Shown here in pieces: positions 1 through 9,785 of a DNA stretch of 64,000 bases. A program made the translations under genes and the position numbers. Numbering within the stretch: the stretch's first letter is position 1; each line of letters begins with the position of its first letter. Below the pieces are notes generated by a model that was not told the DNA's origin, did not search any database, and saw nothing but the letters and a program-made list of their open reading frames with translations. Source of the DNA: a candidate division WOR-3 bacterium (GTDB lineage Bacteria > Hydrothermota > UBA3072); assembly GCA_016930175.1 (NCBI GenBank), contig JAFGHJ010000006.1, forward strand, positions 68,086 through 132,085. Direction: 5' to 3'.

Positions 1-600
1 TGTAAGCGGCACGACAGGGTCTCCGATGTTGGCTTCACGTGAGAGAATTGTTCCGGACACGGGCGAACGAATTATAGCGTCAAGAGCAGCCCCTCCGACT
101 TTAGCCTTTCCTTTTTCCATTAGATCCAAGCTCTGTTTTGCAAGATTGTACGTGGACTGCGTTTCCTGGAGTTCCTGCTGCATATTTTCGTATTCCTTAT
201 CCGATATCAATTCTTTTTCGAAAAGAGTTCGCTTTCTTTCGATATCTTTCTTCGCATTTTCTAACCTAATTTTTGCCACTTCTACTTCTTTTCTGACAGA
301 AGCAAGTTCAAAAGGAGTTGGAGTTGGACTTACTTCAAAAATAGGATCGCCCTTCTTCACCACATCTCCGATTTCAACAAACACTTTTTTTATTACTCCC
401 GAAAAGGCAGATTTCACACTCGTCTCATACTTAACCTCGATAGTGCCGAGCGCAACCGCCACATCCCTGATGTTCCCTTTTGTTACTTTTACAGCAGGAT
501 TTTGCTCAACATTCCCATTCCCGTTTCTAAAAGCAAACAAAAGAAAAACGACTGGCACAATAGACAAAGATACAATCATGAGCTTTTTCTTGCGAAACAT
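1..600 (-). CDS. Efflux RND/ABC transporter periplasmic adaptor (HlyD/MacA family), runs off the window edge
   Basis: Hand translation: MFRKKKLMIVSLSIVPVVFLLFAF..GTIEVKYETSVKSAFSGVIKKVFVEIGDVVKKGDPIFEV..coiled coil..IRSPVSGTIL (split lipoyl motifs). GGAGG RBS upstream. Not in the ORF track. Confidence 0.9.
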   Translation of the reverse strand, partial: MFRKKKLMIVSLSIVPVVFLLFAFRNGNGNVEQNPAVKVTKGNIRDVAVALGTIEVKYETSVKSAFSGVIKKVFVEIGDVVKKGDPIFEVSPTPTPFELASVRKEVEVAKIRLENAKKDIERKRTLFEKELISDKEYENMQQELQETQSTYNLAKQSLDLMEKGKAKVGGAALDAIIRSPVSGTILSREANIGDPVVPLT

Positions 601-656
601 TATTTAACCTCCTTTACAAATCTAAAAATTTTACCCAAATTCACCTCTTTTTCTGT

Positions 657-685
657 TTGACGAAATCACAAACAAAAAAGTTTCA
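657..685 (-). promoter_or_regulatory. Candidate ECF-sigma promoter TGAAAC-N17-CGTCAA upstream of the efflux adaptor
   Basis: Matches the SigW/SigM-type consensus (TGAAAC-N16/17-CGT), 57 nt before the ATG. Confidence 0.55.
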
Positions 686-820
686 AGCAATCAACTTTTT
701 GTATATACAAAACTATCACAAAAAAATTCAATATAAACCAAACCTCTTTTTTGCAAATTTACAAAACTAACTTTGTATTATTGAATTAATACAAAATTAT
801 TGTAATGAAATTTATGTTAT

Positions 821-955
821 TTGTCAAGAGCTTTTTTAAACTATGCCTCTGGCTTTTAGCTGTTATCCAAAAACAATGAGTGCTCTTTTTTGTATTAGAT
901 GGCTGTTAAAATATATTTTCGGTAGGCTGGGATTCTAATTTCTAACTGTTTACTT
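821..955. repeat. Dispersed ~135-bp intergenic repeat, copy A (copy B at 34680-34820)
   Basis: Colinear exact blocks TGGCTTTTAGCTGTT, ATGGCTGTTAAAATAT and TGGGATTCTAA are shared with copy B. Confidence 0.85.
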
Positions 956-1120
956 TTTTTTACAATTTCACATTCCGGTTTATTGGCTCTTCGTCCGTGG
1001 CCTCAATATAATTTTATTATAAAGCTGAAAGCCAACAGCCGAAAGCGAATAGCTAAGTGCCAATATTTGATTTTTAAGGCTTTTTCGTGATAGTTTCTCT
1101 AGGGATAAAAATCAGATTTA

Positions 1121-2440
1121 TTAAATAGACGAAAGGATTCGGGCAAGCTCGTCCATCTCGTTCTTAGTTCTTTTTTCCGTTACGGAAACGAGAAGGTGTT
1201 TCCGCCACTCTTTTTTGAATTTGCCAAGGTTAATACCGGCAAGGTATCCTTTTTTAACTCCCTTTTTGATTGCTTTTTCCGCTCCTGCTGGAATTTCAAC
1301 AACAAACTCTCTAAAAAATTTTTGTTTATATGGAAGTTTAAGCCCCGCCTTTTGTAGTATTTCTGCAAGATAATGAGCTTTCTGAGTTGTTTTGTTCGCT
1401 ATTTCTCTTATTCCTTCCCATCCATGAAGAGCAAGGTATATTGCGGAGGAAAGGGCACAAAGTTGCTGGTTCGTACAGATATTAGATGTCGCTTTTTCTC
1501 TTCTTATGTGTTGTTCACGGGTTTGAAGGACCATTACATAACCTTCCTTCCCTTTCTTGTCTACTGTTTTCCCGGCTATTCTTCCAGGCATACTTCTTAT
1601 ATGTTTTTTCATCGAGGTTAGTATCCCGAGATACGGCCCACCGAGGTTCATATGGACACCCAAACATTGTCCTTCTGCTGTTGCGATATCTACCCTGTAT
1701 TCCCCCGGTGTTTTTAGTATACCAAGAGATATCGGATCAAAATGCAAAACAACAATAACATCATGTTCTTGAGCTACTTTCACGAATTCTTCTACTTCCT
1801 CAAGATTCCCCAGGAAATTAGGATGTTGAATCGCTATGCAAGCAGCCCCCTCATCAATTTTACTAACCTGATCTGTATCCGTTATGCCATCTTTAAGAGA
1901 TAGAGTTTCAAATAAATAATTTTCCCCTAGATATGTTTTTATAACCTCGATGTAATAAGGATTGATTCCTTCTGAGACAACTACTTTGTTTCTATCGGAG
2001 TTTATTGCGAATGCCATAAATATAGCTTCCCCGAGAGCAGTTGCCCCATCATAAATAGAAGCGTTTGAAACTTCCATTCCGGTTAATTCGCAAATCATCG
2101 ATTGATATTCGTAGATCGCCTGGAGAGTCCCCTGAGAAACCTCCGGCTGATAAGGAGTGTAAGAAGTATAGAACTCAGGCATCCCGGTCAGATGCCCTAT
2201 AGCTGAAGGCACGTAGTGATCATAAACTCCGCCGCCGGCAAAAACTATTAAATCCTTGTTGAGTTTAGCCGTTTTAAGTGTTTCCTCTTTTATTGCCATT
2301 TCAGATAGAAAAGAAGGAAGATTTAGGGAGCTTTTTAAATGCATCTCTTCAGGAATTGCTGAAAGTAAATCGGCTATTCCCTTACCTATGGTTTTGAGCA
2401 TTTCTTTCTGCTGATTTTTATTTACTGGATTAAAATTCAC
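1121..2440 (-). CDS. gcvPA: Glycine dehydrogenase subunit 1 (glycine cleavage P protein, alpha)
   Basis: FYTSYTPYQPEVSQGTLQ and LQTREQHIRREKATSNICTNQ motifs; follows gcvT-gcvH. Confidence 0.97.
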   Translation of the reverse strand: MNFNPVNKNQQKEMLKTIGKGIADLLSAIPEEMHLKSSLNLPSFLSEMAIKEETLKTAKLNKDLIVFAGGGVYDHYVPSAIGHLTGMPEFYTSYTPYQPEVSQGTLQAIYEYQSMICELTGMEVSNASIYDGATALGEAIFMAFAINSDRNKVVVSEGINPYYIEVIKTYLGENYLFETLSLKDGITDTDQVSKIDEGAACIAIQHPNFLGNLEEVEEFVKVAQEHDVIVVLHFDPISLGILKTPGEYRVDIATAEGQCLGVHMNLGGPYLGILTSMKKHIRSMPGRIAGKTVDKKGKEGYVMVLQTREQHIRREKATSNICTNQQLCALSSAIYLALHGWEGIREIANKTTQKAHYLAEILQKAGLKLPYKQKFFREFVVEIPAGAEKAIKKGVKKGYLAGINLGKFKKEWRKHLLVSVTEKRTKNEMDELARILSSI

Positions 2441-2826
2441 TCTTCTTGAATTACTTTTTTATATTCGGAAGGCACAAGCAGGGTTTCTAATTCGGCTGGG
2501 TCAGAAACTTTTATTTTTACTATCCAACCAGTATCATAGGGGTCCTTATTTATTAATTCCGGCTTCTTTTCCAGCTCTTTGTTAACCTTAACAATTTTTC
2601 CGGAAACAGCTGCGTAAAGATCGGTTACCGTTTTTACGGCTTCAATTGTTGCAATAGAATCTCCCTGAACTACTTCTTGACCTACTTCCGGCAATTCTAT
2701 AAAAACAATATCCTGAAGTTCAGCTTGCGCAAAATCCGTTATCCCCTCGGTAATTTCACCGTTTTCTTTTCTTGCCCACTCGTGATCTTCGGTATACAAA
2801 AGATCTTTCGGTATTTTTATTTCCAT
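2437..2826 (-). CDS. gcvH: Glycine cleavage H protein
   Basis: YTEDHEW, GITDFAQ, lipoyl-Lys motif IEAVKT, NKDPY. Confidence 0.97.
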   Translation of the reverse strand: MEIKIPKDLLYTEDHEWARKENGEITEGITDFAQAELQDIVFIELPEVGQEVVQGDSIATIEAVKTVTDLYAAVSGKIVKVNKELEKKPELINKDPYDTGWIVKIKVSDPAELETLLVPSEYKKVIQEE

Positions 2827-2857
2827 CTCCCCTCCATTTTTATACTTGATTTAAAAT

Positions 2858-3985
2858 TCAGCCGCTTTGTTTCTTTTCTAAACTCGTCTTTTTAACTGTT
2901 CCATGTTTCCAGAACGGCAACTTAATGATTTCTCCCTCCGTAGCCGTATTTCTTATTTCGATCTCTACTTTTGTTCCCACTTTGTCATACGGCTTACTAA
3001 TATAGCCCAACGCAATGGAAGAGCCCATATTAGGAGAGTAATTCCCGCTTGTAATTATTCCTACCTCTTCTTGTTTTATCAATATTCTATTACCGTGTCT
3101 GGGAATTCTCTTACCCGGCACTAAAATCCCAACCAGTTTCCTTTTTACTCCCTCTTCTTTTTGTTTCAATAAAACGTCTTTCCCTATAAAATTTTTCTTA
3201 TCTAAAGAAACAACCCAGGATAGGTTCGCTTCCAGAGGAGTCGTTTCTGCTGTTATATCGTTACCGTAGAGGCAGTATCCCATTTCCAGCCTGAGTAAAT
3301 CCCTCGCACCTAAACCACAGGGAGAAATATCATATTGCTTCCCCTCTTTCATGATTCTATCCCATATTTTTTCAGCCTCACTGCTTTTACCGTAAACTTC
3401 AAATCCATCCTCGCCTGTATAACCTGTTCTTGAAAGTAAAACTGGTATGTCTAATATGTTTTCTTTTTTAGAATGATAAAATTTTAAATCTGAAGGGTCA
3501 TTTTTTACTATTCTCTTTATGATTTTTTCTGATAACGGTCCCTGTAAAGCGATTTGAAAATAATTTTCGCTGACGTTCTGAACTTCTACGCCACCGTTTT
3601 CATGCTTCTTGATCCAGTCGAAATCTTTTTTCTGGTTTGATGCATTTACCACTATCAAATATTTCTCCTCAAGCTTATAGATTAGAAGGTCATCTATTAT
3701 TCCTCCTCTTTCATTCAACATTACGGTATATTTTGCCTGAAAATCTTTGATTTTAGATATATCAAATGTTACGAGGCAGTTAATAAATTCTGTTGCATTG
3801 TCGCCAGAAACCTCGATTTCACCCATATGAGACACATCAAATAATCCCGCAGAATTCCGCACAGCTTTTGTCTCTTTAAATATGGATGAATATTGCATAG
3901 GCATTCTGTAATTAGCAAAGTCTACAATATTAGCATTTAACTCCACGTGTTTCTTGTATAGAGGTGTTTTGTTTTTTTCTTCCAT
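2858..3985 (-). CDS. gcvT: Aminomethyltransferase (glycine cleavage T protein)
   Basis: KTPLY, GLFDVSHMGE, SRTGYTGEDGFE, GLGARDLLRLEMG. Confidence 0.97.
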   Translation of the reverse strand: MEEKNKTPLYKKHVELNANIVDFANYRMPMQYSSIFKETKAVRNSAGLFDVSHMGEIEVSGDNATEFINCLVTFDISKIKDFQAKYTVMLNERGGIIDDLLIYKLEEKYLIVVNASNQKKDFDWIKKHENGGVEVQNVSENYFQIALQGPLSEKIIKRIVKNDPSDLKFYHSKKENILDIPVLLSRTGYTGEDGFEVYGKSSEAEKIWDRIMKEGKQYDISPCGLGARDLLRLEMGYCLYGNDITAETTPLEANLSWVVSLDKKNFIGKDVLLKQKEEGVKRKLVGILVPGKRIPRHGNRILIKQEEVGIITSGNYSPNMGSSIALGYISKPYDKVGTKVEIEIRNTATEGEIIKLPFWKHGTVKKTSLEKKQSG

Positions 3986-4082
3986 TTTATGTTGGTTGAA
4001 TTTAGTATTACAAACAGATTAAATTTGTCAAGGCCTTTTGTTTAAAAAACCACCTTATTTTTGTAAGTTGCTCCCATCTGAA

Positions 4083-5246
4083 CTAATTTTTCTTTTCCCT
4101 TACCAAGGAAAAAAGCAAGATTGAAGCTATCCCCGCAAGACTTGCTCCATATGCGAAAGCCGCAAAAGATCCCAAATTTTGCCATATAAAACCAAAGATT
4201 ACGCTTGAAGGAAATGCGGCAATCCCGACGGCAAGATGGTAGAAGCCGAAAGCGGTACCCTGAAATTTCTTACTCACAAGGTCGCTCACAAACGCCTTCT
4301 CTACACCTTCCGTAAGACCAAAGTACACACCATAAAGGGCAAACAAACCCCATATATGAAATATCCGGGAAGAGAGTCCAAAACCGAGATATATAAGCGC
4401 GTAAACGATCCATCCACCAACTATCACTTTTCGTCTTCCGACCTTATCGGACCATTCTCCTCCGGGAATCGAAGTCGTCATCTTCACAAAATGAAGAACA
4501 ATCCAGAGAAGAGGTATAAGAGAAGTAGTGATACCGATATCTTTTGCTTTTAAAATGAGGAACGCATCCGATGAATTACCAAGAGCAAAAACGATAAGTA
4601 TGATTAGATATGCTTTAAAATTTCTTGAGAGTACAGAAAACTTAAAATCTACACTCTTTGCTTTTGCCTCGATTTTCTTTTCTCTCACAAAGAAAAATAC
4701 AATAAAGACAGTTATAATTCCGGGGAGTAGAGCCCAGGCAAACAAGCTTTTAAGATTCATTCCAATTTTCAGTAGGATTATAGCGCAAAGCGGACCTATT
4801 ATTGCCCCAGCATGATCCATCGCTCTATGTAAACTAAAAGCTTTTCCTTTTATATCTTCCGGAGTAGAAAGAGATATAAGAGCATCCCTGGGAGAAGTCC
4901 TTATACCTTTACCCAGACGATCTACGAACCTTATAGCCGCGACCTGCCACCAGTATCTACTTAAAGCGATTACAGGTCTTCCGAGTGCGGCCAGGGAATA
5001 GCCGATTAAAATAAGTATTTTCCTCTTCCTTATCTTATCCGAAAACCACCCGGAAAACAATTTAAGAAGACTGGCAGTTGATTCCGCGATACCTTCAATA
5101 ACACCTAAAGCTCCGGCACCGACTCCAAGAACAGAAGTAAGAAAAATAGGCAAGAGAGGATAAATCATTTCACTTGCCGCATCGTTAAGAAGGCTTACAA
5201 AACCCAGAGCTTTAACATTTCCGGGAACATCCTTAAACAATTTCAT
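4083..5246 (-). CDS. MFS transporter
   Basis: Polytopic 387-aa protein with GWFSDKIRKRK and DRLGKGIRTSPRDALI loops. Confidence 0.9.
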   Translation of the reverse strand: MKLFKDVPGNVKALGFVSLLNDAASEMIYPLLPIFLTSVLGVGAGALGVIEGIAESTASLLKLFSGWFSDKIRKRKILILIGYSLAALGRPVIALSRYWWQVAAIRFVDRLGKGIRTSPRDALISLSTPEDIKGKAFSLHRAMDHAGAIIGPLCAIILLKIGMNLKSLFAWALLPGIITVFIVFFFVREKKIEAKAKSVDFKFSVLSRNFKAYLIILIVFALGNSSDAFLILKAKDIGITTSLIPLLWIVLHFVKMTTSIPGGEWSDKVGRRKVIVGGWIVYALIYLGFGLSSRIFHIWGLFALYGVYFGLTEGVEKAFVSDLVSKKFQGTAFGFYHLAVGIAAFPSSVIFGFIWQNLGSFAAFAYGASLAGIASILLFSLVREKKN

Positions 5247-5425
5247 AAATTCTTTATCTCCAAAAAATACTTATATTTCATATTTAAAAAGTCAAGTGTT
5301 AAACTTATTTTTCTATATCGGAAATTATTCAAAATTTTGCATAAAAGCTCTTTAAGCCAAATAAGTCCTATAGCCTTATTATATTAATTTTTTAAAGAGA
5401 AAACAGGCAATGAAAAAAAAGCACA

Positions 5426-5443
5426 AATGAATAAATTTTCATA
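5426..5443. promoter_or_regulatory. ARG box (ArgR operator) AATGAATAAATTTTCATA just upstream of the argG -35 (TTGACA 5462-5467)
   Basis: Close match to the WNTGAATWWWWATTCANW consensus; the operon encodes ArgR. Confidence 0.7.
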
Positions 5444-5519
5444 AAAAATTGAATTTTCGTCTTGACAATTAAAAAATTTAAGGTATTATAAAACACTGTC
5501 GATTATTTAGGAGGGTAAA

Positions 5520-6740
5520 ATGAAAAAAGAAGTAAAAAAAGTGGTTCTCGCATACTCAGGAGGGCTGGACACAACTGTAATCCTACACTGGCTTAAGGAG
5601 AACTACAATTGTAAGGTAATTACGTTCACCGCGGATCTTGGTCAAGAAGACGAATTAGAAGGGCTTGAAGAAAAAGCTATTTCTTCGGGAGCAGATAAGG
5701 CTTATGTGGTGGACTTAAAAGAAGAATTTATCACGGATTACGTTTTCCCTGTCCTAAAAGCCGGAGCAATATATGAAGGAACTTATCTGTTGGGAACCTC
5801 TTTTGCACGTCCGATAGCGGCAAAAGAACAGGTCAAAATAGCAGAAAAAGAGGGAGCAGACGCGGTTGCCCATGGATGTACAGGGAAAGGCAACGACCAG
5901 GTGCGTTTCGAATTAACGTATAAGGCTTTAAATCCCAAACTAAAGATAATTGCTCCATGGAGAGAATGGAATTTAAAGTCCAGAGAAGACGAAATAGATT
6001 ATGCGAAGAAGCATGGACTAGCTACTACGATTACAAAGGAAAAAATTTACAGCAACGATACCAACCTATGGCATCGAAGTACAGAGGGAGGAATCCTGGA
6101 AGACCCGTGGAATGAATTCCCCAAAAATGCTTATGGGTTTACCAAATCGCCAGAGGATGCTCCCGACGAATCCGAAACCGTAGAAATAGAGTTTAAAAAA
6201 GGAATCCCGGTAGCGGTCAACGGGGATAAGTTATCTCCGGTAGATTTGCTTATAGAATTAAACAAATTAGGCAAGAAACACGGCGTCGGTATGGTTGACA
6301 TGGTCGAAAACCGTCTTGTGGGAATTAAATCCCGCGGCGTTTATGAAACTCCCGGGGGAACTATACTTTATGAGGCTCACAAACAATTAGAAAGCATAAT
6401 ACTTGACGCAAATACTCTCCATCATAAAATGGACGTTGCGAACCTATATTCACGTTTGGTCTACTACGGTTTGTGGTTTTCCGAATTAAAGGAAGCCTTG
6501 GATGCTTTTATAGATAAAACCCAGGAAAAAGTAAGCGGAGTTGTTCGGTTAAAGCTTTATAAGGGCAACGTAATTACTTTAGGTCGAAAGTCAAAGTTTT
6601 CTACGTACAGAGAGGACTTCGCCACATTCGGAGAAGATCAGATTTACAATCAGAAAGACGCAGAGGGATTCATTAATCTTTATGGCTTACAATTAACTAT
6701 ACGAGGGCTAAAGAAGCTCGAAGAAGAAGGGAAGCTTTAG
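5520..6740 (+). CDS. argG: Argininosuccinate synthase
   Basis: [35 protein letters not shown]. Confidence 0.98.
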   Translation: MKKEVKKVVLAYSGGLDTTVILHWLKENYNCKVITFTADLGQEDELEGLEEKAISSGADKAYVVDLKEEFITDYVFPVLKAGAIYEGTYLLGTSFARPIAAKEQVKIAEKEGADAVAHGCTGKGNDQVRFELTYKALNPKLKIIAPWREWNLKSREDEIDYAKKHGLATTITKEKIYSNDTNLWHRSTEGGILEDPWNEFPKNAYGFTKSPEDAPDESETVEIEFKKGIPVAVNGDKLSPVDLLIELNKLGKKHGVGMVDMVENRLVGIKSRGVYETPGGTILYEAHKQLESIILDANTLHHKMDVANLYSRLVYYGLWFSELKEALDAFIDKTQEKVSGVVRLKLYKGNVITLGRKSKFSTYREDFATFGEDQIYNQKDAEGFINLYGLQLTIRGLKKLEEEGKL

Positions 6741-6746
6741 CGAAAA

Positions 6747-8141
6747 ATGGGAAAAGGAAAAATCTGGAAAGGCCGTTTTTCTAAAGAAACGGACGTGGAA
6801 ATGGAAAAATTCAGTCATTCAATAGAAACAGATAAACTTCTGTTCTCGGAAGACTTGGCTGTAAATAAAGCCTGGGCTCAAGGTCTAAATAAGATTGGCA
6901 TTCTATCAAACAAAGAAACGAAAGAAATTTTAAACGCTCTTGGAGTTATAAAGGAAGAGTTTTCGAGCGATAATTTTGCTATACAATCGGGCGATGAAGA
7001 CATTCACAGCGCAATAGAACGCAGACTGACAGAAATCACGGGAGTTATCGGAGAAAAAATACATACTGGACGGAGTCGCAATGATCAGGTAATGACAGAT
7101 TTACTTCTCTATTTGAAAAAGGCTCTTCTAGAGATTCTGGAACAAATTGCAGAACTAGAAAAAACCGTGGTCGACAAGGCAAAAGATAACTTCGATTTGA
7201 TAATGCCCGGCTATACGCATCTTCAGCAGGCTCAACCAATTCTTTTCTCCCATTACCTGCTCTCTCTTTTCTGGCTTATAGAACGAGACAAAGAATCTCT
7301 ATTGCTGGGTTTAAAGCATTGCGGTATTATGCCTTTAGGCTCAGCGGCTCTTGCCGGAACGGGGTTTCCTGTCGACCTAAAAACTCTTGCCCGAGACTTA
7401 GGTTTCAACGAGCTCAGCAATAACAGTTTGGATATAACAGCACACCGTGATATTCCGACATCTATTAGCTTTACTCTGACAACGATAATTTCACATTTGA
7501 GCCGCTATGCGTCAGATCTTATACTATGGTCAACCGATGAGTTCGGTTTCGTAGAAATAGACGATAAATATGCCACAGGCAGCAGCATTATGCCTCAGAA
7601 GAAAAATCCTGACAGTTTAGAGCTTATAAGAGGAAAAGCCGCTTCAGCCATAGGGCATCTCACAGCTCTTCTGTCTCTGTGTCAAGGTCTTCCGCATTCG
7701 TATAATCGGGATTTACAGGAAGACAAAAAACACATTTTCGAAATTGTTGGAATTACAAAAGGCTCTTTGGAGATATTCTCAGGTGTTTTAAAAACCCTAA
7801 AAGTAAATAAAGAAAGAATTACTCGAGCTCTTTCTTCAGCCCTTCTCGCCACTGAGATGGCAGACTATCTCACGGAAAAAGGAGTCCCCTTCAGAACTGC
7901 GCACACAACCACAGGAAACATTGTTAAGTGGGCAAAGAACAACAATACAGCTCTAAATGAAGTGCCCTTAAGCAAATTAAAGGATTTCTCATCATTGTTT
8001 GAAGAAGAAATTTATGATTACCTCAACTTTAAGAATGCTCTTTCTCGACGCAACTCAACCGGAGGAACAGGGGAGAAATCCGTGAAAGAGCAAATAAATA
8101 AAGCAAGCAAGATTATAAGAAATCCAAAGTCCAAACTTTAA
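6747..8141 (+). CDS. argH: Argininosuccinate lyase
   Basis: HTGRSRNDQ, MPGYTHLQ, GSSIMPQKKNPD. Confidence 0.98.
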   Translation: MGKGKIWKGRFSKETDVEMEKFSHSIETDKLLFSEDLAVNKAWAQGLNKIGILSNKETKEILNALGVIKEEFSSDNFAIQSGDEDIHSAIERRLTEITGVIGEKIHTGRSRNDQVMTDLLLYLKKALLEILEQIAELEKTVVDKAKDNFDLIMPGYTHLQQAQPILFSHYLLSLFWLIERDKESLLLGLKHCGIMPLGSAALAGTGFPVDLKTLARDLGFNELSNNSLDITAHRDIPTSISFTLTTIISHLSRYASDLILWSTDEFGFVEIDDKYATGSSIMPQKKNPDSLELIRGKAASAIGHLTALLSLCQGLPHSYNRDLQEDKKHIFEIVGITKGSLEIFSGVLKTLKVNKERITRALSSALLATEMADYLTEKGVPFRTAHTTTGNIVKWAKNNNTALNEVPLSKLKDFSSLFEEEIYDYLNFKNALSRRNSTGGTGEKSVKEQINKASKIIRNPKSKL

Positions 8142-8159
8142 TTATGCGAGGATACAACA

Positions 8160-8606
8160 ATGTCTAAAAGTAAAAACAAGCGATTAGAAATAGTCAGAAG
8201 CATTTTAAACGAAAACAAAATACATTCACAGGTCGAATTAAAAGAGAGACTGAAAGAATGTAATGTAAAAATTTCCCAATCTACGCTTTCTCGAGACCTG
8301 AAGGAGCTTGGTTACATAAGAGCTCCAATAGGTGACGGAACTTACAGAATAATAAAAGTAGAGGGCGGAGAAGAAAGGCTCGACCTTCTTTTTAGATTGG
8401 GTCTTGTCGAGCTTTATCATGTAAATAACATCATTGTAATAAAAACCAAAACCGGCAATGCCCAAGCCGTCTGTACAGCCATAGATCATGCCAGAATAGA
8501 TGGAATTGCCGGTACTCTCGCCGGGGACGATACTATTTTTGCTCTAGCAACCAACAAAGCAGTCGCAAACAGGGTCGTTGCTGAACTTAAAAAATATATA
8601 GGATAA
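8160..8606 (+). CDS. argR: Arginine repressor
   Basis: SQSTLSRDLKELG and GTLAGDDTIF. Confidence 0.96.
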   Translation: MSKSKNKRLEIVRSILNENKIHSQVELKERLKECNVKISQSTLSRDLKELGYIRAPIGDGTYRIIKVEGGEERLDLLFRLGLVELYHVNNIIVIKTKTGNAQAVCTAIDHARIDGIAGTLAGDDTIFALATNKAVANRVVAELKKYIG

Positions 8607-8617
8607 GTAAGAATTTA

Positions 8618-8649
8618 TTAAACCACGAAACACGCGAAATACACTAAAA
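8618..8649 (+). repeat. 9-nt-period repeat; left arm of an inverted pair with 9743-9774
   Basis: TTAAACCACGAAACACGCGAAATACACTAAAA is 28/32 identical to the reverse complement of 9743-9774. Confidence 0.85.
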
Positions 8650-8771
8650 CCCACCACCCTTTTTTGAATTTGTATTAAAAAAACACACCAAACACCCACG
8701 CACCAACACATTAACTTTAGTTGTTTTTTTACTCGATCTTCTTACCTCCTGGACCCTTGATTCCTATTCTT

Positions 8772-9188
8772 TTACTTAAAAACAACCGCAACGCCTGTAG
8801 CGGTTTTATCGATTTTAACTTGTCTTGTTCTACTTACAACGTGATGTTTCCAGGGGCCCTTCCCGACAACATTATGATGGTTAGTCACGTACACCGTCGG
8901 ATCTATATCATATTCAACAAGCATAATCCCGTCAGCCCCAATTTCGCGGGCTTTCTTAATCATCAACGCATTCAATTCGACCCTTCTTGCGTCTTTCCCG
9001 AGATTCGCTTCGATTATCCCGATAACATGGTGAGGTCTTTTTATTTTATCCTGAGTCAACGCAATCTCAGCATCGGCAGCCTTGGGTCTTTCTATGTATG
9101 ATTCATCAATTTTTGTATATTTAACGTTAGAAGACGAACAACCATTTGACAGAAGAATAACCAAAAGAACCAAACTTAACCTTTTCAT
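8772..9188 (-). CDS. Hypothetical lipoprotein (YbjQ/heavy-metal-binding-like fold)
   Basis: Lipobox LLSNGC; MIKKAREIGADGIM motif; RBS present. Confidence 0.7.
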   Translation of the reverse strand: MKRLSLVLLVILLSNGCSSSNVKYTKIDESYIERPKAADAEIALTQDKIKRPHHVIGIIEANLGKDARRVELNALMIKKAREIGADGIMLVEYDIDPTVYVTNHHNVVGKGPWKHHVVSRTRQVKIDKTATGVAVVFK

Positions 9189-9225
9189 CTGGCCTCCTTT
9201 TTTATAAAAATCTAGCCCTACTCTA

Positions 9226-9576
9226 TCAAGCTTTAGCTTTGAAAACTACAGTGGTGAAGAGTTCTATTATAAAACCGTAGATGATACCCATTACCACAGT
9301 CATAATGAAAAGCATGTTAGGGGTAAATTGCCCGCCTGCCCCTAGCATACTGGAGAAACCCATAGGTATACTAAAAACAAGTCCCATAATTGGACCATGC
9401 AACCACCATTTTATTTTTAATGCGCTGATACCTATAGCAACCCCTATCAACATTCTTCCGGTTACGATTGAGATAGAAAGAACTAAAGGTAACTGTCCTT
9501 CCGACGATGAGAGAAACCAACAAATAACTCCACAGATTAGACCAAATATTGTAGCAATAGCAATTCTTTTCCCCAT
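9226..9576 (-). CDS. Hypothetical 4-TM membrane protein
   Basis: Hydrophobic Gly-rich helices; AAGGAGG RBS. Confidence 0.75.
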   Translation of the reverse strand: MGKRIAIATIFGLICGVICWFLSSSEGQLPLVLSISIVTGRMLIGVAIGISALKIKWWLHGPIMGLVFSIPMGFSSMLGAGGQFTPNMLFIMTVVMGIIYGFIIELFTTVVFKAKA

Positions 9577-9742
9577 AATAAACCCTCCTTAATTTTACTC
9601 CATTATAAGGAACTGCCAATCTGATGTCAAGGTTAAAGATAAAAAAAACAGCCACTTTTTTGATTTTTAAGAGTCTTTGAGTGTTTCCCTTTTTTTAAAA
9701 AAGGAATTGCACATGCGGGATAAGTGATTATAATACAAAAAA

Positions 9743-9774
9743 TTTTAGTTTTTTTCGTGTGTTTAGTGGTTTAA
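9743..9774 (-). repeat. Right arm of the inverted pair with 8618-8649
   Basis: TTTTAGTTTTTTTCGTGTGTTTAGTGGTTTAA, ending 11 nt before the truA ATG. Confidence 0.85.
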
Positions 9775-9785
9775 ATTTTCTAAAG

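Noticed and set aside
34..43. TTCACGTGAG, partial parS-like core
   Set aside because: The outer arms do not match TGTT..AACA and it lies inside a coding region.
26..607. 193-aa plus-strand ORF in the track
   Set aside because: It is the antisense shadow of the efflux adaptor gene. The many other short ORFs overlapping recognised genes on the opposite strand or in other frames were rejected for the same reason.
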